From: a virus
Taxonomy: Duplodnaviria; Heunggongvirae; Uroviricota; Caudoviricetes
IMG/VR virus record: IMGVR_UViG_2654587674_000003
Length of the DNA: 64,000 bases
Reading direction: 5' to 3' (one strand)
In this document: positions 38,312 through 47,243 of the stretch, one piece after another
Position numbering within the stretch: position 1 is the stretch's first letter
Layout: every line of letters starts with the position of its first letter
Made by a program: the position numbers and the translations under genes
Notes under the pieces: generated by a model
The model's input: the letters and a program-made list of their open reading frames with translations, nothing else
The model's database searches: none
What the model was told of the DNA's origin: nothing

Positions 38312-39253
38312 TTAACTAACAATCCAGTCCATAGCAATAACATCCTCTGGAGCTAAATCAATAGCATGGATTTTCCCGTCACGGATGGTGCGCCAGTGCT
38401 TTCGTGATCCACCTTCGGGCCACACCCATATACCTTCAGGCCAGGAAGAACGACGACACACTGTTGCGTATCCAGTCCTGATCTTCTCTCTGACGGTATG
38501 TAGTGACAGATTATCCTTTGGGCTTTCAGGCACAGGATGGTGGATTGCCTGAAACATCCCCATCTTTGGATGATACCAGCGTTTATTGCGTGGTTCTGCC
38601 TCCGACATCACCTGCTTAAAGGCTTTCCGGAAGGGGGCCAGGGCCACAATGGAACGTCGCGCAAGCAAACCGTCGGGAGTTAAAAACTCATGCGTATCTG
38701 TGGGGATCCGGTAAGCGTTGACCAGGTTGCGGCATTTGGCTTCAGTCAGGCCGCATTTCGCCGCTAACTGGCGATAGCCAATGTAGCCTTCCGGAATATT
38801 GCCTTTCTTTATTTGCTCGACGGTTTCAGCGACTTTGGTCACTTGTGCCGATACTTCGGCTACCTGGGCATTAACGGCGTTGATCCGGCGTTCATGCTCA
38901 AGATGCATTTGCGCCATTTCAGCCAGAATTTCGGCTTTTGATTTTAACTGTACCCGGGCATTCTCCAGTTCGCGCCAGCGGTCCACCAGCCGGGCGGTGA
39001 ATTCGGGAGAGAGCTGCGCGACGACGACAATACTATCGCGCTTGCCTTGCTCGCCTTCGAAGAAATAGGCTTTTGTGTATTTATTAGGGCTAAGTGATTG
39101 ATTATTCTCAACTGTAGCCAATGGCGTATGTTGGATAACTCCTTTAGCAACAAGTCTTTCGATGCTGCGTTTAACATCAGAGTGACGACTTCCCACCAGT
39201 TCCGCGATCTCAATGCTGGTCATTGTCGCTTTTTGAGAGATGGACAGATTCAT
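38312..39253 (-). CDS. Rha-family phage regulatory protein / antirepressor-like (Ant-like)
   Basis: N-terminal SIEIAELVGSRHSDVKRSIERL matches the Rha N-domain as recalled; follows icd-like gene. Confidence 0.65.
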   Translation of the reverse strand: MNLSISQKATMTSIEIAELVGSRHSDVKRSIERLVAKGVIQHTPLATVENNQSLSPNKYTKAYFFEGEQGKRDSIVVVAQLSPEFTARLVDRWRELENARVQLKSKAEILAEMAQMHLEHERRINAVNAQVAEVSAQVTKVAETVEQIKKGNIPEGYIGYRQLAAKCGLTEAKCRNLVNAYRIPTDTHEFLTPDGLLARRSIVALAPFRKAFKQVMSEAEPRNKRWYHPKMGMFQAIHHPVPESPKDNLSLHTVREKIRTGYATVCRRSSWPEGIWVWPEGGSRKHWRTIRDGKIHAIDLAPEDVIAMDWIVS

Positions 39254-39468
39254 CAGTGCACCTCCACGCAGTTCATTGGCAGATTCCAGTAATTGAGGAT
39301 CTCCATCGCATCAAGAGTGAAGCGAGCAGCAAAAATGCAGGGTTCTTCGGGAAGGTATGAGCGCGCCTCTGCTTCGGTAGCAGCCATTACGCAGATATAA
39401 AGGTGTTTTTGGCAGGAATAGAAACGCCAGATAAATTCAGAATGAGTTGGGGTAGGGATAGTAGCCAT
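39253..39468 (-). CDS. icd: Icd-like host cell-division inhibitor family small protein
   Basis: 71 aa; AATEAEARSYLP...IFAARFT resembles the Icd-like family signature as recalled; position before ant. Confidence 0.5.
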   Translation of the reverse strand: MATIPTPTHSEFIWRFYSCQKHLYICVMAATEAEARSYLPEEPCIFAARFTLDAMEILNYWNLPMNCVEVH

Positions 39469-39652
39469 ATTGGCAGCCTCCTTTGACTAAGTTAAGGAGC
39501 TACCGCGTGAGGTTCCAATCTCAATGGCGGTAGCACTGACTGGGTTGGAACTACCGGCGTCAAAGGGAACCGGCCTGCCTTTCGGCAGCCCAGCCAGCAC
39601 TACCATTGATCTCTGAGCTAAACGCTAAGTATGGCTGTGCGATGGCATGACA
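39469..39652 (-). ncRNA. Structured leader upstream of icd; candidate c4-like regulatory RNA region
   Basis: Several stem-loops (GCTACCGC...GCGGTAGC; CTGCC-TTTC-GGCAG) between a terminator and icd; analogy to the P1 immunity-I layout is inference. Confidence 0.3.
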
Positions 39653-39676
39653 CAAAAAAAGACGCGTTCGGCGTCT
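39653..39676 (-). terminator. Intrinsic terminator on minus strand within the icd leader
   Basis: AGACGC-CGAAC-GCGTCT followed by TTTTTTT (minus strand). Confidence 0.55.
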
Positions 39677-39780
39677 GTGTCGCCTTTGACATTATCCGGG
39701 GTTCCAATCCCGGCACCCGTTTTTCTAAGGTGCCGTAGAAATATACCCCACGATAATGCCATGGCGCAACAGTCAGTATT

Positions 39781-39948
39781 TTATGCTTTGGCGGATTTCT
39801 TCCGGGCTTGCTTGCAGGCGTAGGCCATTGCTTTAGCTTTCACTTCATCCAGCTTCCCGGTGATCACTTCTTTTCCGAGAGTGACAAACCAGTCATAGCA
39901 ACCGCCAGTAATGTTCTTGATTTGAAAGTTGAGGTAGCGAACAGTCAT
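39781..39948 (-). CDS. 55-aa small protein ORF upstream of the icd leader
   Basis: ATG 39946-39948 with GGGGG 8 nt upstream; below track size cutoff; competes with plus-strand ORF 39808-40026. Confidence 0.3.
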   Translation of the reverse strand: MTVRYLNFQIKNITGGCYDWFVTLGKEVITGKLDEVKAKAMAYACKQARKKSAKA

Positions 39949-40269
39949 TTTGACACCCCCAGCGCGAGTAAAGAATGCAGATTATCGCGTGAGTGGTGGA
40001 CGACGAGTGATGGGAAAAGACTGTAGTTGTTCATAGTGTAGTGACTCCTTGCTTTCGGAGCCGCCATTGACTGTTCCACGGTCTGGTGGCGGCGCAATAA
40101 AGGCTGGAACACCGTGAGTCAACGGGGGCTTTTCAGCCACCTATATTGCACCGCCATAGGTATAGCGGCGGCAATAATACGAAAAACTAAACAGTTTGTC
40201 TCAAAAAGTTGACCGGTGTGCCAATCGGTAGTGAATGTACATCGGGGAAATTTACAATTCAACTTAAAA

Positions 40270-40280
40270 TGTTAGAAAAC
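40270..40280. promoter_or_regulatory. Operator-like motif TGTTAGAAAAC (site 3)
   Basis: Family core overlapping the stop of the Ref-like gene. Confidence 0.45.
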
Positions 40281-40858
40281 TAATTTATCAATTCAATCGC
40301 CATCTGATACAACGCCATTTCATCGGCATTGTGCCGTATGAAATCTGCTTTTCCGCCTATTTTTCCATCAGCATGAACAGGGACCAGCCAGGGATATTGT
40401 TCTCGGACCTCGGCTGGCGCTGCGTACTGGTGGTGCCATTTACACAAAGGGAGGACATATTTATGCGCGTTCTCTGCCGTTCTCCCGAAGATATGGTGCA
40501 GGGATACTACTGGGCTATGTTGCCCGTGAATATGGCAGGCAATGCAGGGGAGAGTACCGATAGCGGTCTGTATCCGGCGTTCATCGGCTGTGAGTGATCT
40601 GCCCTTCAGGCCGCGTGACGTGCGTGTTTTTTTGGGCGGAGCGGATACAGCTTTATCTTTTCTCCGCTGTTCATATTGCTTTGCTTTTTCAATTTTCTTT
40701 TGCCGATATTCAGGCGATGCGGCTTTTTCTCTCGCTCGCTGCTGCTGGCGTTGAGCTTGTTGAAGGCGCTTTGCCCTTTGTTCCTCTCGCCAGGCCGGGT
40801 CAGCCAATTTTTGCATGGCTTTTTGTCTCTGTTTCTCCCAATAACTCTGTTTCTGCAT
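40280..40858 (-). CDS. Ref-like HNH-type endonuclease: disordered basic N-terminus + Cys/His-rich C-terminal core
   Basis: 192 aa; K/R/Q-rich first 90 residues; CIACHIHGQH...HHIFGR...CKWHH; operator-like sites upstream. Confidence 0.5.
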   Translation of the reverse strand: MQKQSYWEKQRQKAMQKLADPAWREEQRAKRLQQAQRQQQRAREKAASPEYRQKKIEKAKQYEQRRKDKAVSAPPKKTRTSRGLKGRSLTADERRIQTAIGTLPCIACHIHGQHSPVVSLHHIFGRTAENAHKYVLPLCKWHHQYAAPAEVREQYPWLVPVHADGKIGGKADFIRHNADEMALYQMAIELIN

Positions 40859-40907
40859 GATGGCAGTCTCTTACTTTTCAACGATTTTTCTATGATTGAT
40901 CAAAATG

Positions 40908-40936
40908 GTTAGATATTCAAAATTGATTTTCTAACA
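40908..40936. promoter_or_regulatory. Operator pair GTTAGA-n16-TCTAAC upstream of the Ref-like gene
   Basis: Inverted half-sites with the same spacing as at 28985-29027 and 46161-46188. Confidence 0.5.
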
Positions 40937-40978
40937 TAAAACATTAATATCATTCCTGATAACTGTTTGGAGGACATG

Positions 40979-41131
40979 ATGCTTATAGCTTTAAGTGCGA
41001 TCCACCAGCCATCTGTGAATGAGATTGGCCTGTTCTATGTGTTGGTTTTCGGGGCGTTGGCGCTACTTGAGCTTGGTATTGAGCTTTTCGCAGTGCTTAT
41101 GTTTTGCGTCACGATTCTGGGGAAATTTTGA
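40979..41131 (+). CDS. 50-aa hydrophobic membrane peptide
   Basis: GGAGG 5 nt upstream; stop overlaps the next ATG (TGATG); sequence MLIALSAIHQPSVNEIGLFYVLVFGALALLELGIELFAVLMFCVTILGKF. Confidence 0.35.
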   Translation: MLIALSAIHQPSVNEIGLFYVLVFGALALLELGIELFAVLMFCVTILGKF

Positions 41132-41754
41132 TGGTGAAACGTGTTTTGAAAATTTACATCGCGGGGCCGATGACTGGTTATCCAGATTACAACCGTGCGG
41201 CGTTTAATGCGAAAGCGAGCGAGCTGATGTCTGAAGGGCATATCGTTCTGAATCCAGCTGTGTTACCTGGTGGCCTTTGCCAGAGTGAATACATGGATAT
41301 TTGCCTGGCAATGGTGCGTTCTGCTGATGCGATCTATCTGCTCAATCAATGGGAAGAATCGGTTGGTGCTCGCGCAGAGCACGCGCTGGCTGAAAAGCTG
41401 GGGCTGACTGTAATTTATGAGTCACAAACCAACATTGAATGCCAGGTTGCTCCGCATATTTACCGTGAACTGGTAAATGCGTTACGTGATGTTGCTATTG
41501 AATGTCACGGCACGGATCAGCTTCGCGCCCGCTTAAGCAAAACCCTTTCCAGTTACCTGTCTTTGGCTGAAGGATACAACCTCCGGCAGCGGAGAATGGT
41601 CAAATTAATCACGCGTTTATCTCAATCCCTGGCAAATGCCGAACCAACTAATCCGCTACCTAATGACGCAATGAATTACCTGAAGTCATGCGGCGTTGTT
41701 TCTGAAGATGCAGTTCGTTTTGTGGAGTTTATGTCTCAGAGGATGTCAGCGTGA
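41131..41754 (+). CDS. Nucleoside 2-deoxyribosyltransferase-like (DUF4406-type) protein with C-terminal extension
   Basis: N-terminal KIYIAGPMTGYPDYN pattern; C-terminal motif PHIYRELVNALRDVAIECHGTDQLRARLS shared with the 538-aa protein at 49697. Confidence 0.5.
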   Translation: MVKRVLKIYIAGPMTGYPDYNRAAFNAKASELMSEGHIVLNPAVLPGGLCQSEYMDICLAMVRSADAIYLLNQWEESVGARAEHALAEKLGLTVIYESQTNIECQVAPHIYRELVNALRDVAIECHGTDQLRARLSKTLSSYLSLAEGYNLRQRRMVKLITRLSQSLANAEPTNPLPNDAMNYLKSCGVVSEDAVRFVEFMSQRMSA

Positions 41755-42068
41755 GCTGGCGGGGATGGGGAAGGGCGGAAATCATGATACTCCGCCAGTG
41801 CGCCGGGACTATGACAGTCGTGAGTATTGGGAGGCTGATCGGGCGTACCGGTAGTGCTGTCAGAACCAAAGCGCGGCAACTGCGGATCTGCATGATTCTG
41901 AAAGGAGACTTTCACCCGTCAGCCAAATACCGGCAGGGCGATATAGAACTGGCACGGCAGCTTCATCGGTGTGGTGTTCCCCGCCGTGAGATCGCAGAAA
42001 AACTCGAAATGCCCTTGAGCATGATTAATCAGTACGTTTATTTCGAAAGGAGAGTACATGAAGTCTGA
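41751..42068 (+). CDS. Small DNA-binding protein with two HTH-like segments
   Basis: GTG start overlapping upstream stop; 105 aa. Confidence 0.45.
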   Translation: MSWRGWGRAEIMILRQCAGTMTVVSIGRLIGRTGSAVRTKARQLRICMILKGDFHPSAKYRQGDIELARQLHRCGVPRREIAEKLEMPLSMINQYVYFERRVHEV

Positions 42069-42561
42069 AGGTTTAACGCCAGCACAACTGGCAGAGCGTA
42101 ACGCTGAGTATGTAACGGAAATTTCCCGACTTGAGAAAGAACGCTCGGCGCTGGCGGCGGAGAATGAACTGGCTCGTAAGGCAGTTCAGGCATTCTGCGA
42201 TGTTGTTGGCGACAACACCGAGGTTATCGCTGAGGAGGTTGGGCGAGATGGCGTTCTGGTTATTTTGGAGGCCATGAAGGCAACAGGAAATATGCCAGCC
42301 ACCGATGCTTTCCTGGCTGAAATTCGTGCGGAGGCTCGCAACGAGGGGATTAACTATACCGCAAGCCGTCTTGCTGCTGCTTTCAACCACGGATTTATCA
42401 ATAAGTCTTTACGTGAAGTTTTCGACGTTACACGCATGATTCTGTCAGCGAAAGAAGAGTTGGCTAATGAACCGCACCCGATTGATGGCCTGTCCGGTGA
42501 ATATGCGGAGAAATCCCTTGAAGAATGGGCGGAACAGATTCGCAAAGGAGCTGACAAGTGA
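42058..42561 (+). CDS. Mosaic paralog family member 1 (Ea22-like type), coiled coil + conserved C-terminal module
   Basis: LAAENELARK coiled coil; C-terminal ATDAFLAEIRAEARNEG...AEQIRKGADK. Confidence 0.5.
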   Translation: MKSEGLTPAQLAERNAEYVTEISRLEKERSALAAENELARKAVQAFCDVVGDNTEVIAEEVGRDGVLVILEAMKATGNMPATDAFLAEIRAEARNEGINYTASRLAAAFNHGFINKSLREVFDVTRMILSAKEELANEPHPIDGLSGEYAEKSLEEWAEQIRKGADK

Positions 42562-42968
42562 AGAAGATGATTTTTGTCGCGGCATTGTTGGTGAATATCC
42601 AACAAGTGCATGCTTCAGCAGCTATTGTAGCCTCTACCGCCGCGACTACGGCTGCTGTAGCTGCTGCGAACTCTGCGAATATCGCAAACCAACAGGCACA
42701 GCGTGCTGCTAATGCATCAGCCAGCGTTCACTCAATCACCATTAAGAGCAGTAAGCAAAATCTGGGATTCATAACGTGCGGCACGCGTTCTAATGAAGCT
42801 GTAGGTTCACTTGGATGTACGGTATATGGGGGTAGTGAGAATAGAGAAATTCCATGGAAAACGTGGCCCGGATACGTTCTTGGCTCGAAGCTCCCGGCCA
42901 GTTATGAAGTAAACGCCGTATCGTTTGATCACTATAACGGCGTGGCAACGGTCTATTTTGCATATTGA
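42558..42968 (+). CDS. Small secreted protein (136 aa) with signal peptide and two Cys
   Basis: MKKMIFVAALLVNIQQVHA signal; embedded within the paralog array. Confidence 0.5.
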   Translation: MKKMIFVAALLVNIQQVHASAAIVASTAATTAAVAAANSANIANQQAQRAANASASVHSITIKSSKQNLGFITCGTRSNEAVGSLGCTVYGGSENREIPWKTWPGYVLGSKLPASYEVNAVSFDHYNGVATVYFAY

Positions 42969-42976
42969 GGCTCCGC

Positions 42977-43762
42977 ATGAAATTCTCCAAATTTTCTGAG
43001 TTGGTGAATCGTATTTTGTCCAACAACCACAGCCATCGTCGCGATATGGATGTAACGATCGTTGTTCATTCGCCTGGCAGCATTGGTTCAACACCCTCAG
43101 TTGAGGTTCAGTCAATTCACGCTGGTTTTGATTGGGATTCCGGGAAAGTGCTGATTTTCCCAGCACAGCCACTGACCACGCTAACACCAGAACAGATTAC
43201 TGATATTACTGATAGTGTGCGCAAAGGTCAGTCCTGGCACGCATATCAGGAATACAAGAAGCATAAAGAGCAGTTGGAAAAATTATCGATTGAACTTGAT
43301 ACCGCAAAACAGCGCATTGCAGAGCTGGAGGGTAATCGCGCGGCGCTGGCTGCGGAGAATGCGAGACTGAAGGCGATATGTGAGGATCGCCGCACGTTCA
43401 TTATGAATGGCGTGCAGCTTGGTTTTATCAAGGTGCCAACAGTGGAAATAGATCCAGCTCTTGAAACAATTCGTATCGCCCTATCACCACAAAAAACCAC
43501 TCCTGCGACCGACACTTTCCTAGATGAAGTGAAGACTGAAGCACGCAAGGAGGGCGCTTACTTTGTGGCGAATAGAATGCTGGCTGCCTGGGAAGCTGGT
43601 TTTATTGATGATACTGCGAAGAACGCCGCGGATATTGCCCGGATGATTCTTACCTCTACTGAGTTTATGGCTAATGCGCGGGAAGGCGATTTTGACCGCT
43701 CATTCTCTGATGGTGTTCTCGAAGATATCGCTGAACAGCTTCGCAAAGGAGGCAGCCAGTGA
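42977..43762 (+). CDS. Mosaic paralog family member 2
   Basis: ALAAENARLK; C-terminal ATDTFLDEVKTEARKEG...AEQLRKGGSQ; ATG 42977 preferred. Confidence 0.5.
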   Translation: MKFSKFSELVNRILSNNHSHRRDMDVTIVVHSPGSIGSTPSVEVQSIHAGFDWDSGKVLIFPAQPLTTLTPEQITDITDSVRKGQSWHAYQEYKKHKEQLEKLSIELDTAKQRIAELEGNRAALAAENARLKAICEDRRTFIMNGVQLGFIKVPTVEIDPALETIRIALSPQKTTPATDTFLDEVKTEARKEGAYFVANRMLAAWEAGFIDDTAKNAADIARMILTSTEFMANAREGDFDRSFSDGVLEDIAEQLRKGGSQ

Positions 43763-44400
43763 GCGAGCTTTACTATCAGACGTTACGTGAACGTTTTTCA
43801 CCGAAACCAGCGCCTAAATGCTCTGTTTGTGGCGAGGAAATGTCAATGCAGCGCATATCTGGATCACATGTTGTTTATGCCTGTTCCGGCATGGAGGACG
43901 ACGGATGCTTCAAAACTGGACGAACTTATGCTGACGAGCATTACAAAAAATCGCGCATAACAGTAGTTGATGATAGCGATCCTGATGTGATTGAACTGCT
44001 GGAAGAGAACATGGAGATGGCTCTAACGCTTGAGAAGCTGCGTGTTGAGCTGGAGGCTGCTAAACAGCGTATTGCCGAATATGAAAGCAATTGCGGGGCG
44101 ATGGTGGCGGAATGCCAAAGCAAAAAAGCAGCTCTTGAGGCAATTCTTAGCCATTGCCCAATTAATCATCCAGATATAGACATCGCATGTATAGCGAACA
44201 TCGCTCATAACGAATTAGGCGGGGCGAAAAGCACTACATCTAAGGCATACCTTGTAGAAATACAGGCACAAGGGGTGGAGGCATTCGCTTTGACGATGCG
44301 CGATACCGGAGATGATCCATTTTTTGATTCCGTTGCTTCTGCTTGCGCGGATGCAGCTGATAGGTTCGCTGCCCAGCTTCGAAAAGGAGGCAAACAGTGA
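43759..44400 (+). CDS. Mosaic paralog family member 3 with N-terminal Cys4 ribbon
   Basis: GTG start overlapping upstream stop; CSVCGEEM...YACSG; ends AAQLRKGGKQ. Confidence 0.5.
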   Translation: MSELYYQTLRERFSPKPAPKCSVCGEEMSMQRISGSHVVYACSGMEDDGCFKTGRTYADEHYKKSRITVVDDSDPDVIELLEENMEMALTLEKLRVELEAAKQRIAEYESNCGAMVAECQSKKAALEAILSHCPINHPDIDIACIANIAHNELGGAKSTTSKAYLVEIQAQGVEAFALTMRDTGDDPFFDSVASACADAADRFAAQLRKGGKQ

Positions 44401-44645
44401 GTAATACCGCACGACTACAGCTTGGTTTTTTACCGCTATCAAAAACCATCGTGTTGGCAAAAATGCGTGACTTAGGGGATGGAACAAAACGTCGTGTCGG
44501 CAATGATCGCGGTCGTGATGTAACCAACGAGGCCGCACAACTCGTTTGGCATCTAGTCATGGCTGAAGGCGGTGAAATTAATTGGGAGCTGGATGATGGT
44601 TCTCGCATGGTATTAAAGGCAGAAAAGCAGGAGCCACCACAGTGA
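44397..44645 (+). CDS. Hypothetical protein (82 aa)
   Basis: GTG start overlapping upstream stop. Confidence 0.4.
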   Translation: MSNTARLQLGFLPLSKTIVLAKMRDLGDGTKRRVGNDRGRDVTNEAAQLVWHLVMAEGGEINWELDDGSRMVLKAEKQEPPQ

Positions 44646-44935
44646 ATATCGACACCACGATAACGATTGATACGGCCCTAAATACCGGTCTGGCACTTCT
44701 CGGTTGGCTTTACATCATGTCCAGTACATGGCGATGGCTGGGTTCCATTTTCCTGAAACAGTGGAAAAAACGGCGCAAACAGGAATTACGCCAGAAGGCA
44801 TTAGAAGCGTTCTATGACGCATTTGAACTTAGCCGCATTGAACCAGGCACAACAGCCAGGATAGCGACAAAAGGCGACCTGATGATAGTGATGTTCCGAC
44901 AGGAGAAAGCAAATGGCAGCAAAGCGAATGACTAA
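44642..44935 (+). CDS. Hypothetical small membrane protein (97 aa, one TM)
   Basis: GTG start; hydrophobic segment LALLGWLYIMSSTW. Confidence 0.4.
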   Translation: MNIDTTITIDTALNTGLALLGWLYIMSSTWRWLGSIFLKQWKKRRKQELRQKALEAFYDAFELSRIEPGTTARIATKGDLMIVMFRQEKANGSKAND

Positions 44936-45137
44936 TCGCGAACTTGTTGATGCCGCGATTGAACTTGCTGGCGATTTTTATTCCATGATGGGGTACACGC
45001 ATCGCCCCGGCTTCAAATATTGGGAGTCTCCGCACCCGCAAGAGCAACGGGTATTTCAAATGGCCTGTCGCGCTTTTGAAGTTATTCGCGGTTCTGATGT
45101 GATGGACGCGGTTGCTGATTTGGAGGATGAAGAGTGA
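44913..45137 (+). CDS. Hypothetical acidic protein (74 aa)
   Basis: ORF overlapping neighbours. Confidence 0.4.
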   Translation: MAAKRMTNRELVDAAIELAGDFYSMMGYTHRPGFKYWESPHPQEQRVFQMACRAFEVIRGSDVMDAVADLEDEE

Positions 45138-45445
45138 ACACAATTAAAGAAATGCCGGTAGAACGTGATGAATATGGCTGCTGGACACATCCGGAGTATG
45201 AAAAGTTTTGCGCAGGTCGTGAATATATATCCACTGAGGAATTTGACGCCTGGATGAAGGAAAATAATCTTCAGTGGACTATTCGCAGTATGGATGAAGA
45301 TGATTTTGGTCTGGACGCAGCTGGTCCCGATATTGCCGCCTGGGAACCGGAGCGACCAGAGGGTGAAGGCTGGTTTGTTGGCTCTATTCATGACACTGAA
45401 GATGGTCCGGTTTGTATCTGGCTGCGGGAGAAGGTTGCCGCATGA
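45134..45445 (+). CDS. Hypothetical protein (103 aa)
   Basis: GTG start; ATGA overlap with phosphatase start. Confidence 0.45.
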   Translation: MNTIKEMPVERDEYGCWTHPEYEKFCAGREYISTEEFDAWMKENNLQWTIRSMDEDDFGLDAAGPDIAAWEPERPEGEGWFVGSIHDTEDGPVCIWLREKVAA

Positions 45446-46134
45446 TCCAGGCTATGCATGAAATGAATTTATATAGCCGTATTGATGGTTCTGGCTACAG
45501 AAACATATGGGTTGTTGGTGATCTGCATGGTTGCTACACCAGACTGATGTCCGAACTCCATCGTGTGGATTTTGACCCGACGCAGGATTTACTGATATCG
45601 GTTGGCGACCTTATCGATCGCGGTACTGAAAATGTCGAATGTCTGGAACTATTGCAGATGCCCTGGTTCAGGGCAGTAATGGGGAACCATGAGCGGTTGA
45701 TGCTTGATGCGTTAAGTCCTGATGGCAACGTGAATAACTGGCTAATGAATGGCGGACAATGGTTCTTCATGCTGGACACTGATCAGGAAATATTAGCCAA
45801 GGCGCTGGTGGAGCTGGTAAAGCGTCTGCCATATATCATTGAGTTGAACACCGGGCATGAAACTATCGTTATAGCCCATGCCGACTATCCAGGTGGAGAG
45901 TACCAGTTCGGTAAGGATGTGTCGTTTTTTGATGTTGTCTGGTCGCGCAGTCGCGTCGGTGATTCGATAGATGGCATTGGTGGAGAAATCACAGGCGCAG
46001 ATCGCTTTATCTTTGGGCACACACCGGTACGAAGACCAAAAGCATACTGGAATCAGCACTACATAGACACGGGCGCGGTTTTTTGCGGAAATCTGACGCT
46101 AATGCAGGTGAAGGGAGGGCAGCTTAAAGTCTGA
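45442..46134 (+). CDS. Ser/Thr protein phosphatase (lambda-PPase / PrpA-like metallophosphatase)
   Basis: GDLHG, GDLIDRG, GNHE motifs. Confidence 0.8.
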   Translation: MIQAMHEMNLYSRIDGSGYRNIWVVGDLHGCYTRLMSELHRVDFDPTQDLLISVGDLIDRGTENVECLELLQMPWFRAVMGNHERLMLDALSPDGNVNNWLMNGGQWFFMLDTDQEILAKALVELVKRLPYIIELNTGHETIVIAHADYPGGEYQFGKDVSFFDVVWSRSRVGDSIDGIGGEITGADRFIFGHTPVRRPKAYWNQHYIDTGAVFCGNLTLMQVKGGQLKV

Positions 46135-46160
46135 TCAAATCATTTACGCACTCAAAATGC

Positions 46161-46188
46161 GTTAGAACATTGATTTTAGTTTTCTAAC
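46161..46188. promoter_or_regulatory. Operator pair GTTAGAAC-n15-TTCTAACA upstream of the 46232 gene
   Basis: Same half-site family and spacing as sites at 28985 and 40908. Confidence 0.5.
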
Positions 46189-46231
46189 ATATTATTTTAC
46201 CGCTCGGAACAAAACAGAGTCGGTATACATT

Positions 46232-47227
46232 ATGAGTGCAATAATCACACCTCATTTCGTGAACGGAGCTGGTGTGGCTGTCTTTCCGGTAGACAAGCCC
46301 ACCAGTAACTACATTGGCGCAGGCCGCCGTTTCATTATCTCCCCACTTCCGCGTGAACAGGCTGAAAACACGCCAGATGGCGTAGTGGATCTGAACTATT
46401 CGCTGGTTGCCAACCAGTCTCTGAAACCGTTTTTTCAAAGCGAGCGCGTATTTAACGCGTTGGGCGGTGAAGATTCGCTTGTTCATTGGGTAAGTTCCAA
46501 TATCCACGATTGCCAGGCGCACGATAAGCGCGATTGCAGCCACCAGCTAACCACTCATTTCTATAACGGCTCTGCCGTTCGCCTGTGCTGGAAGCATGAT
46601 GCGGAATACATGATGAAGGGGTACAGCAAGCTGGACGACCAGTTATCCCTGAATCGTGCCAACTGGGTTATGAACTGGGCTGCGAGCGAGTTAAAACTAC
46701 CGCCAGAACGCGATCTGAGCATGGTTGAACTCACTTTTTGGGCCATTCGCCGGAATCTGAAAGATGAGCTGCCAGATGAAGCCGGTCGCATTGCATTTTG
46801 TCAGCCAAAAACTGAAATCCCTACCGGTACGCTGAAAGAATCAGATATCACCTGGGAGCACAGTACCCGCGAGCTGGTGGACATAACCGCAGAGCAGATC
46901 GTCAACCTGTCTGTAGATGAGGATTCCGGCCTGCTTTATATGCGCCGACCAAAAGCGGTCCTCGGTAAAAGCCCGGCTTATCTCCGGTTTGTGGTTTCTC
47001 GTCCGTGCATCGGATGCGGTGGCAAAGTTAACCACCCGTTCATGTACCGCGCCCGCTCGTTAAACGAACACGACCGCTGGGCTGTTCCTCTTTGCGATGA
47101 CTGCGCCAGAAGCGCAGAAAACGATGTCCGGGCATGGGAAAAAGCACATGGCATACGCCTTTACGTAGCCGCTAACCAGCTTTTTGACTTCGCCATCGAG
47201 CGCGGAGTGATCACTTTCAATAACTGA
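46232..47227 (+). CDS. Hypothetical phage protein with C-terminal Cys-rich Zn-binding module (331 aa)
   Basis: CIGCGG...CDDCARS. Confidence 0.5.
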   Translation: MSAIITPHFVNGAGVAVFPVDKPTSNYIGAGRRFIISPLPREQAENTPDGVVDLNYSLVANQSLKPFFQSERVFNALGGEDSLVHWVSSNIHDCQAHDKRDCSHQLTTHFYNGSAVRLCWKHDAEYMMKGYSKLDDQLSLNRANWVMNWAASELKLPPERDLSMVELTFWAIRRNLKDELPDEAGRIAFCQPKTEIPTGTLKESDITWEHSTRELVDITAEQIVNLSVDEDSGLLYMRRPKAVLGKSPAYLRFVVSRPCIGCGGKVNHPFMYRARSLNEHDRWAVPLCDDCARSAENDVRAWEKAHGIRLYVAANQLFDFAIERGVITFNN

Positions 47228-47243
47228 TGAGGTGGATCAAAAA

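Noticed and set aside
39697-39712. tRNA-like T-arm sequence (CCGGG-GTTCCAAT-CCCGG) in the icd leader
   Set aside because: No acceptor stem, anticodon arm or correct loop length around it; treated as part of a structured leader, not a tRNA gene.
39808-40026. 72-aa plus-strand ORF (TTG start) in the region upstream of the icd leader
   Set aside because: No RBS, TTG start, and it overlaps a minus-strand 55-aa ORF that has an ATG and RBS; neither is certain but the plus-strand one is weaker.
41019-41207. 62-aa plus-strand ORF overlapping the start of the DUF4406-like gene
   Set aside because: Out of frame with two better-supported ORFs (the 50-aa peptide and the 41131 gene) that have RBS and start-stop coupling.
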